Assembly: GCA_947625825.1 (NCBI GenBank)
Contig: CANQPV010000001.1
Location: 30-64,029 of the forward strand
Direction of reading: 5' to 3'
Source of the DNA: an uncultured Clostridia bacterium
GTDB taxonomy: Bacteria > Bacillota > Clostridia > TANB77 > CAG-508
Length of the DNA: 64,000 nucleotides
Positions within the stretch are counted from its first letter, which is position 1, and each line of letters begins with the position of its first letter. Positions 31,996 to 42,238 of the stretch are shown in pieces. The translations under genes and the position numbers were made by a program. Below the pieces are notes generated by a model, which was given only the letters and a program-made list of their open reading frames with translations, did not search any database and was not told the DNA's origin.

Positions 31996-32766
31996 TTATT
32001 TTCCTATAAACATCTGCACAAAGATTTTACCATATTTAGGGCTACTAACTACTCCTATGCCAGTATAATTATAACTAGAGTTTAAAATATTAGCTTTATG
32101 CCCTGATGAGTTCATCCAAGCATTAACAGCTCCACTGTTGCTTGAATTTCCAGCTATGTTTTCTCCTGCAGTTTTATATAATATCTTAAAACTATTTAAC
32201 ATATTAAATGGAGAACCATATATTGGTGATGTATGAGAAAAGTAATTGTTATCTACCATGTCTTGTGCTTTTATTCTTGCTACTCTTTGCACTTCTTCAT
32301 CTATTTTCAATGCTGCTAATCCATTATTAGTCCTTTGCTTATTAATTAGGTTAAAGACTTCCTTTTCATCTGAATTCATAGTAGACGATGTTTGTGTACT
32401 TCCTGTATTGTTATTTGTATTTCCGTTATTTGATGAGCTAGGATAAATTGGTTTTACATAGCTTTTGCTTACTGCTCCAACATAATCTCCCTCCACCTGT
32501 ACAATATACCAGTCCCCAACTCCTGCAAAAACTCTAATATATTCGTTTTTGTTAACAGTTGCAATAACTTTATATTGTATTCCTGGACCACTTCTTACAT
32601 TAAGAGTACTTGCAGTAACTAATCCTGTTGAAAAATCAACATTGTAATAATATTGCATACCAAAAGAAGTTGTAAACATTCCTAACATTAGTATAAATGA
32701 CATTATTAATGTAATTTTGAAAATATTTTTTCTTTTTATTGTAATTACTTTCATAAAAAATTTCAT
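31996..32766 (-). CDS. Secreted SH3b-domain plus CAP/SCP (YkwD-like) domain protein
   Basis: Signal/TM N-terminus, SH3b 'LNVRSGPGIQYKVIATV..YIV', CAP 'NNYFSHTSP..GENIA..AVNAWMNSSGHKANIL'. Confidence 0.65.
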   Translation of the reverse strand: MKFFMKVITIKRKNIFKITLIMSFILMLGMFTTSFGMQYYYNVDFSTGLVTASTLNVRSGPGIQYKVIATVNKNEYIRVFAGVGDWYIVQVEGDYVGAVSKSYVKPIYPSSSNNGNTNNNTGSTQTSSTMNSDEKEVFNLINKQRTNNGLAALKIDEEVQRVARIKAQDMVDNNYFSHTSPIYGSPFNMLNSFKILYKTAGENIAGNSSNSGAVNAWMNSSGHKANILNSSYNYTGIGVVSSPKYGKIFVQMFIGK

Positions 32767-32894
32767 TCCTTTCTTGCTTGGCTTAAAGACACATATAGTA
32801 ATGAAAATACTATACTTTTTTTAATTTTCTTTTATTTAAAGTATATTATGGTTGGAATGTCCCATATAACAGTAATACTATTATTTTATTTAAA

Positions 32895-32938
32895 AAAGAA
32901 GTGTCTTCTTATTTTTGAAAGGCACTTCTTTATTTTCA
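32895..32938 (-). terminator. Rho-independent terminator downstream of the HAD gene
   Basis: AAGAAGTG...CACTTCTT stem with a T6 run on the minus strand. Confidence 0.5.
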
Positions 32939-32948
32939 ACTCTATTCT

Positions 32949-33674
32949 TTATTTTACAGATTCTTTTCCTATCACATCTCTTATTAATTCTGATACACTA
33001 TTATATTCTTTAATTGCAATTTGTTTTAGTTCTTCAACTGAATTTGCCATGCAATAGCCATTAAAGTCTTTTATCATTGCAATATCACTATAACCATCTC
33101 CAATAGTGTAAACATTTTTGTTATCAATATTAAACATTGCTGTTAATAATCTAATAGCGTTTGACTTATTAGCTTTATTACATATTATTTCAACTGCACT
33201 ATTTGTTATAATATATGAATTTATGTAATCAGAAAATTTATTATTTAAAACTTCGTTTACATTCATTGCTTCTTCTTTAGTATTATATTTAACACGTATT
33301 TTAGTTAAATCAGTATGTTCAAAATTTACTCTACTTTCTAGCTTGCTACAGCAAAAATGTTCTATGGTATTTTCAATATGAAGTTCATTTTTAATTTTTG
33401 GAATAATTTTATTTTCTATAGGAAAGTTATAAAGGACATTATCATTTTTATCTATTATTGTTGCTCCATGATTTAATATTACATAATTATATTGTATTTT
33501 ATAGGTATTTGCTTTATTTTTAAAGTCAAAAAAACTTCTTCCTGTTGCTATTATAAACATGTTCCCTAAACTTTCAAAATCAGCTACAGCAATTTTATTT
33601 TTTTCAATATCTTCATCGCTTATATAAAATGTTTTATCATAATCACTAACAATAATCTTTTTATCTATATCCAT
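32949..33674 (-). CDS. Cof-type HAD-IIB phosphatase
   Basis: 'IVSDYDKTF' DxD motif, 'IATGRS', 'TIGDGYSDIAM' HAD motifs. Confidence 0.7.
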   Translation of the reverse strand: MDIDKKIIVSDYDKTFYISDEDIEKNKIAVADFESLGNMFIIATGRSFFDFKNKANTYKIQYNYVILNHGATIIDKNDNVLYNFPIENKIIPKIKNELHIENTIEHFCCSKLESRVNFEHTDLTKIRVKYNTKEEAMNVNEVLNNKFSDYINSYIITNSAVEIICNKANKSNAIRLLTAMFNIDNKNVYTIGDGYSDIAMIKDFNGYCMANSVEELKQIAIKEYNSVSELIRDVIGKESVK

Positions 33675-33694
33675 AAAAAATTCCTTCTATATTT

Positions 33695-34354
33695 TTATTT
33701 TAAAAATTCTTCAACATAATGTTTTATTTTATCTAACTCATATCCACATGCTTGGCAGGTATTCCATCCACATTTCTTTGCCATCATAATATTATTTGTA
33801 TCATCATCTATAAATAGTATATAATTTGGTAATACATTTAAATCTTTTAAGACATATTCATAAATTTCTCTATTGGGTTTTCTCATTCCTATCTCAAACG
33901 AAAGATATACATAGTCAAACTTATTTAAGTTATATTGATCATCTATTCTCTTTTTATCAAAAGGTATTAAATTAGAAAGTATTGCTATTTTGCATCTATT
34001 TTTAAGAGAATGTGCATATTCTACTACATCTTTATAATATTTAACTGAAGATAATTCTTCTTCATAGCTTTTCTTAAATTCATCAAATGGAATTGCAATA
34101 TTCATGTTTTTTTGAATAAGGTTAACCCAATCCTCTATATCTTCATTTTTATTAGATTCACCTATTGGAAATCCTTTTGATGTTTTATCTGTCCATCTTT
34201 CGAGGATTTCTTGACCTGATAAATTATTATTATATTTTCTAATCATTCTTATTCTAGCATCGTTCAAATCTTTTAATTCATTTTCATGGCTTTCAACAAC
34301 GCCACCCCAGTCAAAAATAACTACCTTATTCATTATATAACTCCTTGAAATCAA
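33695..34354 (-). CDS. HAD-IA family hydrolase
   Basis: 'VVIFDWGGVV' motif I, 'ILSN' motif II, 'LFIDD' motif IV; likely start at the MNKVVIF methionine. Confidence 0.6.
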   Translation of the reverse strand: MISRSYIMNKVVIFDWGGVVESHENELKDLNDARIRMIRKYNNNLSGQEILERWTDKTSKGFPIGESNKNEDIEDWVNLIQKNMNIAIPFDEFKKSYEEELSSVKYYKDVVEYAHSLKNRCKIAILSNLIPFDKKRIDDQYNLNKFDYVYLSFEIGMRKPNREIYEYVLKDLNVLPNYILFIDDDTNNIMMAKKCGWNTCQACGYELDKIKHYVEEFLK

Positions 34355-34554
34355 AATTTCTTATTTTCGTTATATTTTTATAATTAAGTATTCTTTTTCT
34401 AAACTAAGTATATAGTAATTAATTTTAAAAAACAATATGTATCTCTAAATTTATTTATTATTTTGTGCTATTTACATTTTTCCTCTAGTAGTTTAAAATC
34501 AACAAGATTTTTTATATATGAAGCATCATAATTATTATTTTTTATAAAAATATA

Positions 34555-34592
34555 AAAGGTAAAGACCTAAATCTCTACCTTTTGATTTTACA
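34555..34592 (-). terminator. Hairpin terminator downstream of the NUDIX gene
   Basis: AAAAGGTA..TACCTTTT 8-bp stem with a T-rich tail on the minus strand. Confidence 0.4.
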
Positions 34593-34644
34593 GCTCCCAC
34601 TAATTGGTAGGGTTCACCTTTTAACTGCTATCTTGCTCAAGTTC

Positions 34645-35328
34645 TTAAGAAAAGAACTTGCTAACAACATCCAAAAGAATTGGATAGTTGTTTGGGAAAA
34701 ATCTTTCTGGTTCGTTCTTCAATAGGAATTTCAATTCTTCTTTTGAAAACCACCTCAGCTGCTTTGTTTCAGTATCGAATTTTGTACCTAATTCAGTACA
34801 TTTTTCGTAATCAATACTGTAAACAATTATTGTGTGAAAAACTAAGTCACCAGATGGGTACCTTGTAACATGCTTAGGACCTCCATATACATTTTCAAGA
34901 TGTAAGTCCTCTTCATTTACAATTAAAGCTGCCTCTTCTAATAATTCCCGTGCTGCACAATGTGGATATGTTTCGCCTAATTCGAGATTTCCTCCAAATA
35001 AACCATATTGATTTACATCAAAACGGAGCTGAAGTAAAAACTCTTCATGATTTGAATTATTAGTTTTACGAACTATAATACCTGTGCCAGTACCTTCAAT
35101 TGCATCATGCCTATGACCTTCACGCATATTATTGCGTATATCTTTGATATAATTATCCTTTGAGATACTAATAGGTTTTCCTGTTACCATTGAATAGTAC
35201 TTTCCTTCAAAGTAAATAGCTCTTATAGCATATACTATAGTTGCTCCTGTAGCAGGATCAACATCCCATCCTGTGTTTTTTCCATTTGCATACCGTGTTC
35301 CTATTGCTTTAATATCTTCTGCTGTCAT
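34645..35328 (-). CDS. NUDIX hydrolase with an N-terminal extra domain (compositionally GC-richer, possibly acquired)
   Basis: Nudix box 'GGNLELGETYPHCAARELLEEAAL' (GX5EX7REUXEEXGU); the conserved Arg is encoded by CGG. Confidence 0.7.
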   Translation of the reverse strand: MTAEDIKAIGTRYANGKNTGWDVDPATGATIVYAIRAIYFEGKYYSMVTGKPISISKDNYIKDIRNNMREGHRHDAIEGTGTGIIVRKTNNSNHEEFLLQLRFDVNQYGLFGGNLELGETYPHCAARELLEEAALIVNEEDLHLENVYGGPKHVTRYPSGDLVFHTIIVYSIDYEKCTELGTKFDTETKQLRWFSKEELKFLLKNEPERFFPNNYPILLDVVSKFFS

Positions 35329-35434
35329 GTTGATTTCTCCTTTTTTATAAAGTTGTGATTAATTTATATTATAACACTTTTACATAATTTTTTCAAATTT
35401 TGTATTCAATAATTAGCGTCATATTTCAAATTTT

Positions 35435-38194
35435 TTAAAGGTTTCTTCCACAACAGTTTTTATATTTCTTACCACTTCCACAAGGGCAAGGATCATTTCT
35501 ACCTCCTTGTGGCTCTTTGTTTACTATTGGTTGTTGAGGAGCTGATTTGGTTGGAACTCCATTATTCTCTCCATCAATATTTGAACTATCTAATCCTTGG
35601 CTAGTAATTTTTACAGAAGATGTTCTTTGAACACCATTTTCTCTTTTTCTAGCATTCATTAGGAATTTTACTACATCTGTTTTAATGTCTAATATCATTT
35701 GGTCAAACATGTCTGCTCCTTCAATTCTATATTGTACAACTGGATCTTTTTGACCATAAGCACGAAGACCAATACCATTTTTAAGTTCATCCATAGCGTC
35801 AATATGATCCATCCATCTTTCGTCTACAATTTTAAGCATAATAATTCTTTCAAGTTCTCTCATATTGTTTTCGCCAATTGTTTGCTCTTTTTCTTCGTAT
35901 ATTTCATGTGCTTTATTAGTTAGCTCTTCTAAAACATCCTGTGGTCTTATTTTATTTGCTTTAATAGATTCTAATTCAGAAATACCAAAGTTTACTAAAA
36001 TATCTTGCATAAATGCTTCTACGTTCATGTTCTCTGGATCTGATAAAAATTCTGCTACTGTTTCTTCTGCTAGAGAATCTACCATTTTTAAAATATATTC
36101 TCTTAAGTTTTCTCCATCTAAAACTTTTCTTCTTTCATCATAAATAATGCCTCTTTGTACATTCATAACGTCATCATATTGAAGTACATTTTTACGAATA
36201 CTAAAGTTTCTTCCCTCTACTCTTCTTTGGGCAGATTCAACAGCATTTGAAAGTATTTTGGCTTGAAGTGGCATATCTTCATCTGCACCTAAAGTATTAT
36301 ATACTCTAGTAATTGCATCTCCACCAAAAATTTTCATTAAATCATCATCTAAGCCAATGTAGAATGTAGATTCTCCTGGATCTCCTTGACGACCACTACG
36401 TCCACGAAGCTGATTATCAATTCTTCTTGATTCATGACGTTCTGTTCCAATAATTTTTAGTCCACCTGCATCAAGTACTTTTTGCTTTTCATCTTTAATT
36501 TCTTGGTCGTATTTATCTTTATATTCTTTAAATTTCTTTCTTGAATCTAAAATAGCCTGATCGTCTGTTTCATTAAATGCTGTGGCTTGTTCTATTTGTT
36601 CCTCTGAGTAACCTTGTTTCCTTAATTCTTCTTTTGCTAAATATTCGCTATTACCTCCAAGCATAATATCTGTACCACGACCTGCCATATTTGTAGCTAT
36701 TGTAACAGCTCCATATTTACCAGCTTGTGCAATAATTTGAGCTTCTTTTTCATGAAATTTAGCATTTAATACTTCATGCTTAATTCCTTCTTTTTTAAGC
36801 ATTGCACTTAATCTTTCAGATTTTTCAATAGAAACTGTACCAACAAGCACTGGTTGACCTTTTGCATGACTTTCTTTAATTTCGTTAATTACTGCTCTAA
36901 ATTTAGCATTCTCATTTTTATAAATAATATCATGGTTGTCATGACGTATCATTGGTTTGTTTGTTGGTATTTCAATAACGTCTAGTTTATATATTTCCTC
37001 AAATTCTGCTTCTTCTGTCATTGCAGTACCAGTCATTCCTGAAAGTTTATTATACATTCTAAAATAATTTTGAAATGTAATAGTTGCTAAAGTTTTAGAT
37101 TCATCTGCTATTTTTACATTTTCTTTTGCTTCAATTGCTTGATGAAGGCCATTGTTGTATCTTCTTCCATACATAATTCTACCTGTAAATTCATCTACAA
37201 TTAAAACTTCACCATCTTTTACAATGTAGTCTATATCTCTTTTCATAATTCCATGTGCACGAAGTGCTTGGTTAACATTATGAACTATTTCAGAGTTATC
37301 TATATCATTAAAGTTTTCTAGGTTAAATTCTTGTTCTGCTTTTTTTATACCTTTTTGTGTTAATGAAGCAGATTTTGCTTTTAAATCTACTATGTAGTCA
37401 TAGTTTTCATTATCTGCTGCTTGTTCTTCATCTTTAGCGTCTTCTTCTACTATTATTTTAGGTGTTAATCTTCTAACAAAACTATCTGCTTTTTTGTATA
37501 AATCTGATGATTGTGAGCCTCTACCAGAAATAATAAGTGGTGTACGAGCTTCATCAATTAAAATACTATCAATTTCGTCTACAATGGCATAATTTAAGCC
37601 TCTTTGCACTAATTGTTCTTTATAAATAACCATGTTATCTCTTAAATAATCAAATCCAAATTCATTATTTGTACCATAAGTAATATCACAGTTATATGCT
37701 TGTCTTTTTTGATCTGGCTCCATTCCTGCTATTACTAAGCCAACTGTTAAGCCTAAAAATTTATATAATTTTCCCATCCATTCACTATCTCTTGTTGCTA
37801 GGTAATCGTTAACAGTTATAACATGTACACCTTTACCTGTTAAAGCATTTAAATATACTGGAAGAGTTGCTACTAAAGTTTTTCCTTCTCCAGTTTTCAT
37901 TTCTGCAATTCTACCTTGGTGAAGTACAATTCCACCTATTAATTGCACATCAAAATGCCTCATGCCTAATACTCTTTTAGAAGCCTCTCTAACTACTGCA
38001 AATGCTTCTGGAAGAATATCATCTAGAGTTTTTCCCTCTTCTAATTGTTTTTTAAATTCGTTTGTTTTTTCTCTTAACTGTGTATCTGTTAATTTTTGAA
38101 TTTCTGGTTCTAAACTATTAATTTTTTCAACTAATGGTTTTATTCTTTTAACTTCTTTTTCACTATATGTTTTAAATAAGCCCATATTTGCCAT
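35435..38194 (-). CDS. secA: Preprotein translocase ATPase SecA
   Basis: 919 aa; DEAD-like motor motifs; C-terminal zinc-binding '[13 protein letters not shown]'. Confidence 0.95.
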   Translation of the reverse strand: MANMGLFKTYSEKEVKRIKPLVEKINSLEPEIQKLTDTQLREKTNEFKKQLEEGKTLDDILPEAFAVVREASKRVLGMRHFDVQLIGGIVLHQGRIAEMKTGEGKTLVATLPVYLNALTGKGVHVITVNDYLATRDSEWMGKLYKFLGLTVGLVIAGMEPDQKRQAYNCDITYGTNNEFGFDYLRDNMVIYKEQLVQRGLNYAIVDEIDSILIDEARTPLIISGRGSQSSDLYKKADSFVRRLTPKIIVEEDAKDEEQAADNENYDYIVDLKAKSASLTQKGIKKAEQEFNLENFNDIDNSEIVHNVNQALRAHGIMKRDIDYIVKDGEVLIVDEFTGRIMYGRRYNNGLHQAIEAKENVKIADESKTLATITFQNYFRMYNKLSGMTGTAMTEEAEFEEIYKLDVIEIPTNKPMIRHDNHDIIYKNENAKFRAVINEIKESHAKGQPVLVGTVSIEKSERLSAMLKKEGIKHEVLNAKFHEKEAQIIAQAGKYGAVTIATNMAGRGTDIMLGGNSEYLAKEELRKQGYSEEQIEQATAFNETDDQAILDSRKKFKEYKDKYDQEIKDEKQKVLDAGGLKIIGTERHESRRIDNQLRGRSGRQGDPGESTFYIGLDDDLMKIFGGDAITRVYNTLGADEDMPLQAKILSNAVESAQRRVEGRNFSIRKNVLQYDDVMNVQRGIIYDERRKVLDGENLREYILKMVDSLAEETVAEFLSDPENMNVEAFMQDILVNFGISELESIKANKIRPQDVLEELTNKAHEIYEEKEQTIGENNMRELERIIMLKIVDERWMDHIDAMDELKNGIGLRAYGQKDPVVQYRIEGADMFDQMILDIKTDVVKFLMNARKRENGVQRTSSVKITSQGLDSSNIDGENNGVPTKSAPQQPIVNKEPQGGRNDPCPCGSGKKYKNCCGRNL

Positions 38195-38264
38195 TCCTTC
38201 CTAATTTTTAATGTCTTATATACTATATCACTTTTAGTAAAAAATCGCAAGAAAAATATTATAA

Positions 38265-38335
38265 TTAATAATAGTTATAATTATATTAAAGCTTAAATAG
38301 TACTATTTAAGCGGGTTAACTATAAGACAAATAAC
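38265..38335. repeat. Conserved roughly 60-70-nt intergenic element copy A (TAGTTATAATTA.ATTAAA + perfect palindrome GCTTAAATAGTACTATTTAAGC + GGTTAACTATAA)
   Basis: Second copy at 62556-62625 with compensatory changes that keep the palindrome perfect; sits about 100 nt upstream of a plus-strand gene. Confidence 0.45.
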
Positions 38336-38441
38336 TTGTAACCCATTATATACTATTTTATTTATAATTACAACTTATTAGGAATATCTTTTGCCCTATA
38401 TTCATACATTTTATTAAATTAAATTTAAAAGGTGGTTAATT

Positions 38442-38984
38442 ATGTTTATTTGTAATATGAAATTAGATGGTAATAAATTAGGAAAAATATTTTTGGGAAT
38501 TTTGTTTGCAATTATTTTAATTATTACATTGGTTGTTATTTTTAGAGTTTTAGGAAATAATTCGTTTAAAACTAATGATACAATTTCTAAAAAAGATATT
38601 TATGAAATAACACCTTCAAATTATACAAATGTTTTAAAAAGTGTTCATGATGATTTAAATACTTATGTTGGTCAAAAAATTAAATTTTCTGGATTTATTT
38701 ACCGTATGTTTGATTTTACAGATAAACAATTTGTTTTAGGTAGAAATATGATTATTTCATCTGATTTTCAAACTGTAGTAGTAGGTTTTTTATGTGAATG
38801 TAATAATAGTATAACTTTTGAAAATAATGCTTGGGTTGAAATTGAAGGAACTATTACTAAAGGAGATTATCATGGAGAAATTCCTATTATTAAAATAGAC
38901 AAAATTGAAAAAATTGAAAAGCCAAGTGACGAATACGTATATCCACCAGATGATTCATTTGTAAGCACTTCTACTGTTTTGTAG
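38442..38984 (+). CDS. Membrane-anchored hypothetical protein
   Basis: N-terminal TM helix followed by a roughly 140-aa soluble domain. Confidence 0.45.
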   Translation: MFICNMKLDGNKLGKIFLGILFAIILIITLVVIFRVLGNNSFKTNDTISKKDIYEITPSNYTNVLKSVHDDLNTYVGQKIKFSGFIYRMFDFTDKQFVLGRNMIISSDFQTVVVGFLCECNNSITFENNAWVEIEGTITKGDYHGEIPIIKIDKIEKIEKPSDEYVYPPDDSFVSTSTVL

Positions 38985-39482
38985 CTACTTGTTTTTAAAT
39001 GCTACTAGGTTATAGCTGTCTTTATACAGCCTTATTGTATCTTCATCTATTGTTCCTATTTTAAATAAAATTTGTGAATTTAGAATTTTATATACTACAT
39101 CTGTTTTTACAATGCTATCAACTTTAAGCCCATTTTTTTCACTTTTAGGTAGCAATATATTTCCTTCATAGTCTGCTTTTTTAATTTTAGAAGATATTAG
39201 CATAGCTATATTTTCAATTGGAATTGCCATATTGTTTTTATCTATTATAACAAATAAATGATTATTACCTTTTTCTTTTGTAGAATATTCATAATCTTTT
39301 ACAAAAACTATATCTCCAATTTCATAATAACTATAAAATTCTTTTGGTTCTCCTATGACATTTTCTATTTGTCCTTTATGCCATTCTTCGTTTGTAGGAT
39401 ATTCTTTAAATGCTTCTGACACATCTTTTAATTTTCCAGATTTATAAACGCGTTCTAAAAAATTATTTTTATATTTTTTCAT
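38985..39482 (-). CDS. PemK/MazF-family toxin-like protein with a roughly 50-aa N-terminal extension (no adjacent antitoxin ORF)
   Basis: 'IGDIVFVKDYEYSTKEKGNNHLFVIIDKNNMAIPIENIAMLISSKI..GLKVDSIVKTDVVYKI..ILFKIGTIDEDTIRL' fits the MazF/PemK SH3-barrel pattern. Confidence 0.5.
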   Translation of the reverse strand: MKKYKNNFLERVYKSGKLKDVSEAFKEYPTNEEWHKGQIENVIGEPKEFYSYYEIGDIVFVKDYEYSTKEKGNNHLFVIIDKNNMAIPIENIAMLISSKIKKADYEGNILLPKSEKNGLKVDSIVKTDVVYKILNSQILFKIGTIDEDTIRLYKDSYNLVAFKNK

Positions 39483-39604
39483 AGTTAGTCACCTCTTTAA
39501 TTAAGAATAACATATTAGGTGAATTTATTCAACAAATTTTGTATGACAAAATTCGACAAAATAGATACAAATAGCCTATAGTCTAGTGTTACAAAAAAAT
39601 TATT

Positions 39605-40700
39605 TTATCTTTCAAAAATAGATTTAACAACTCCCTTATCAATAAATGTAGCAAATATATTTTTTAGAATAATTAGAATAATTGGTCCTATAACCATGCC
39701 CAAAATTCCTATAAATTTAAAACCTGTATACATTGCAATCAAAGTAAAAATTGGATGTATTCCTATATTTCCGGCTTACTATTCTTGGCTCTAAAAATTG
39801 TCTTACAACTGACATAATAGCCCATAGTATTAAAATTGCAAGGGCTAATTTATAATCTCCCATACATGCTATTATAATTGCCCATGGAATCATAAATGTT
39901 CCAGAACCAAATATAGGAAGTAAATCAACAAACCCTATAATTAATGCCATTAAAAGCGGATATTCAATATTAAATTTCATGAAATGTAATATATATAAAC
40001 CTATTAAACAAATAACAAATGAAATAGCTACTAAAGTAAATTCTGCCTTTAAGTATTTACCTAAAGATTTTACAATATCTTTTAAATGTATTCCTATTTT
40101 TTTTACCCATGTTTTTGGTAAATGATGTTCTAATTGATCTATCATATATACTTTATCAACACATATAAAGTATAACGATAAAACTGTAATTACTGCATAT
40201 ATACCTATTGTTGGAACTGATGTTAAAAAATTTATAGAGCTTGTTAAAATATTTTTTGCCCAATTTATTAAAGTATCTAAAAAGTCCATTGCAGAGCCTT
40301 CAATAGTTTTCATTATATTATCTGGAATTTGAAAACTATTAAAATCAAATTTAGATATAATTTTTTCAAATAGCGCATAGCCTTTTTCAAAATATATGTT
40401 TAAATTTCCTAATAAGTCCGAAGCTTCGGAAACAATAGTAATACCAGCCCAAACAATTAATCCTACAATTAATGTAATTGAAACTAAAAAAACAATAATT
40501 GAACTTGTTTTTCTTTTTAATTTCAATTTTTTCATAATAAAACGAATACATGGCTCTAATATTAATGAAATTATAAAAGCAATTAAAAAAGGCATATAAA
40601 AAATAGCTAATTTAAAACCTAAATATACTGCTATTATAGATATACCTAAAATTATAATGTTTTTAGCTACTTTTCCCCAGTAATTCATATCTATTATCAT
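39605..40700 (-). CDS. AI-2E family transporter (PerM/YtvI-like); the C-terminal 56 codons are recovered by a +1 shift at a CGG codon (plus-strand 39771-39773)
   Basis: 8-TM AI-2E architecture; skipping the C of 'AGC CGG AAA' gives '..EPRIVSGNIGIHPIFTLIAMYTGFKFIGILGMVIGPIIL..', the conserved AI-2E C-terminal helix. Confidence 0.7.
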
Positions 40701-40794
40701 ATAATTTTCCTCTTTCTTCTTTATGTATAATTATATGTTAATTCCCTCTAATTAATGTAATAATTAGAAGGAATTAGCATTAATATTTGCATAA

Positions 40795-41232
40795 CTATTC
40801 AGCATTTTTTTCATTGCATCTGCAAATATGATTTAAAGTGTTTCCTACTCCAGTATTATCTACTTGTGAATTAGCAGATAAGTCTCCCAATGTTAACATA
40901 CCAACTATTTGGTTATTATCTATTATTGGTATTCTTTTTACTTGATTTTCACACATTAAATGCTCTGCTTCTGCTATATCTGCATCAGATGAACAAGAAC
41001 ATACATTACATGTCATTATTTCGCTAACAGGTGTTGTATTTACGTCTTTATCACATGCAATTCCTCTTAAAATGATGTCACGGTCTGTTACTAAACCTAC
41101 TACATTTTTAGAATCATCACATACAGGCACACAACCTATATGATTAGTACTCATAAGTGTTGCACAATCTTTTATAGTTTTGTCTGGAGTCATACAGCAT
41201 ACTTCATTACACATACAATCTTTTACTTTCAT
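40795..41232 (-). CDS. CBS-domain pair protein (unusually Cys-rich)
   Basis: Two CBS motifs ('GCVPVCDD..VGLVTDRDI', 'KRIPIIDNNQIVGMLTLGDL'). Confidence 0.6.
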   Translation of the reverse strand: MKVKDCMCNEVCCMTPDKTIKDCATLMSTNHIGCVPVCDDSKNVVGLVTDRDIILRGIACDKDVNTTPVSEIMTCNVCSCSSDADIAEAEHLMCENQVKRIPIIDNNQIVGMLTLGDLSANSQVDNTGVGNTLNHICRCNEKNAE

Positions 41233-41440
41233 AATTTTACCTGCCTTTCTAATTATGAAATATGTTACAATATTTATTGCTCTTAATATAAATAATTTTT
41301 CATTTAAAAATGACTTTCATATAACAAATAAATATTTAACAATATTATTTTAAGCTAAAAATAAAAAGATATGCATGTTATTTTTTGCATATCTTTTATG
41401 GAAAAATTTTCTATAAATTTTAAAATATTCACTAGCTACT

Positions 41441-42191
41441 TTACATTTCTCCTCTTGGATATGGAGGTCTTGGTGGTGTTCCTGTTTCACCTGGATAAGG
41501 TGGTCTTGGCATCATGTTAGGTCCGTCCTCCTGGATATGATGGATAGTTTGGTCTTGGTGGTCTTGTAGGTGGCCTATTACTGCCTCCTAGTAATTGTTT
41601 TAAAATTAAAATTTTAATTAAGTCTCTTAATGTTTGATTATTCCTTCTATAATCATTTGATTGTCTTGTTTCTCTAATCGTTTCCGGCTTTAAGTTAACA
41701 TTTTCAGTTAAACTTCTATTTGTTTTTTCTGTATAACTTGGTTCTATTCTTCTTGGAGTTCTTTGCATGTTATTAGGTTCTATTCTATTTGATGTTCTTT
41801 CACTTTCCGTTCTTCTTGAAGAATTTGTTTCATCTTTTTTTGTCTCAACTCTAACATTTATAATAGTATCATTGCCTTCTACTAAATTATATACTTCATC
41901 TGTCATTTTTTCTAATAGTTCTTTGGTTATAGGTTGTGTATTATTACTACAAACTTTGCAAACTATTGGATTTACTAAATGATAAATTTCTGGATAAAAA
42001 TCATCAAGATCTTCATTTAATAAACTAGGTGAATTATCATTTCTATAATATGTAGCATTATTATTTAATCCATAGTCATATGTTTCATATATATTAGGAT
42101 TATATGGAGAATAGCCTAATACTTGCCTCATATAATCTTCATAACTTTGATAATCCATATCATACCTCCTTTTATGAAATATTATATGCAA
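41441..42191 (-). CDS. Pro/Tyr-rich hypothetical protein (possible spore-coat protein); its C-terminal Pro-rich repeats continue in the +1 frame after a CGG codon (plus-strand 41523-41525)
   Basis: Zero-frame end '..RPPTRPPRPNYPSYPGGRT*'; the +1 frame continues '..PGGGPNMMPRPPYPGETGTPPRPPYPRGEM*', the same repeat style. Confidence 0.5.
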
Positions 42192-42238
42192 GTTAAGGTA
42201 GTTATGTGATTATACATTGTTAAATTAATTGTAATATG

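Noticed and set aside
34440-34644. tRNA or tmRNA-like integration target near the NUDIX island
   Set aside because: There is no cloverleaf-compatible sequence and no GGTTCGAATCC-type T-loop. Only simple hairpin terminators are present.
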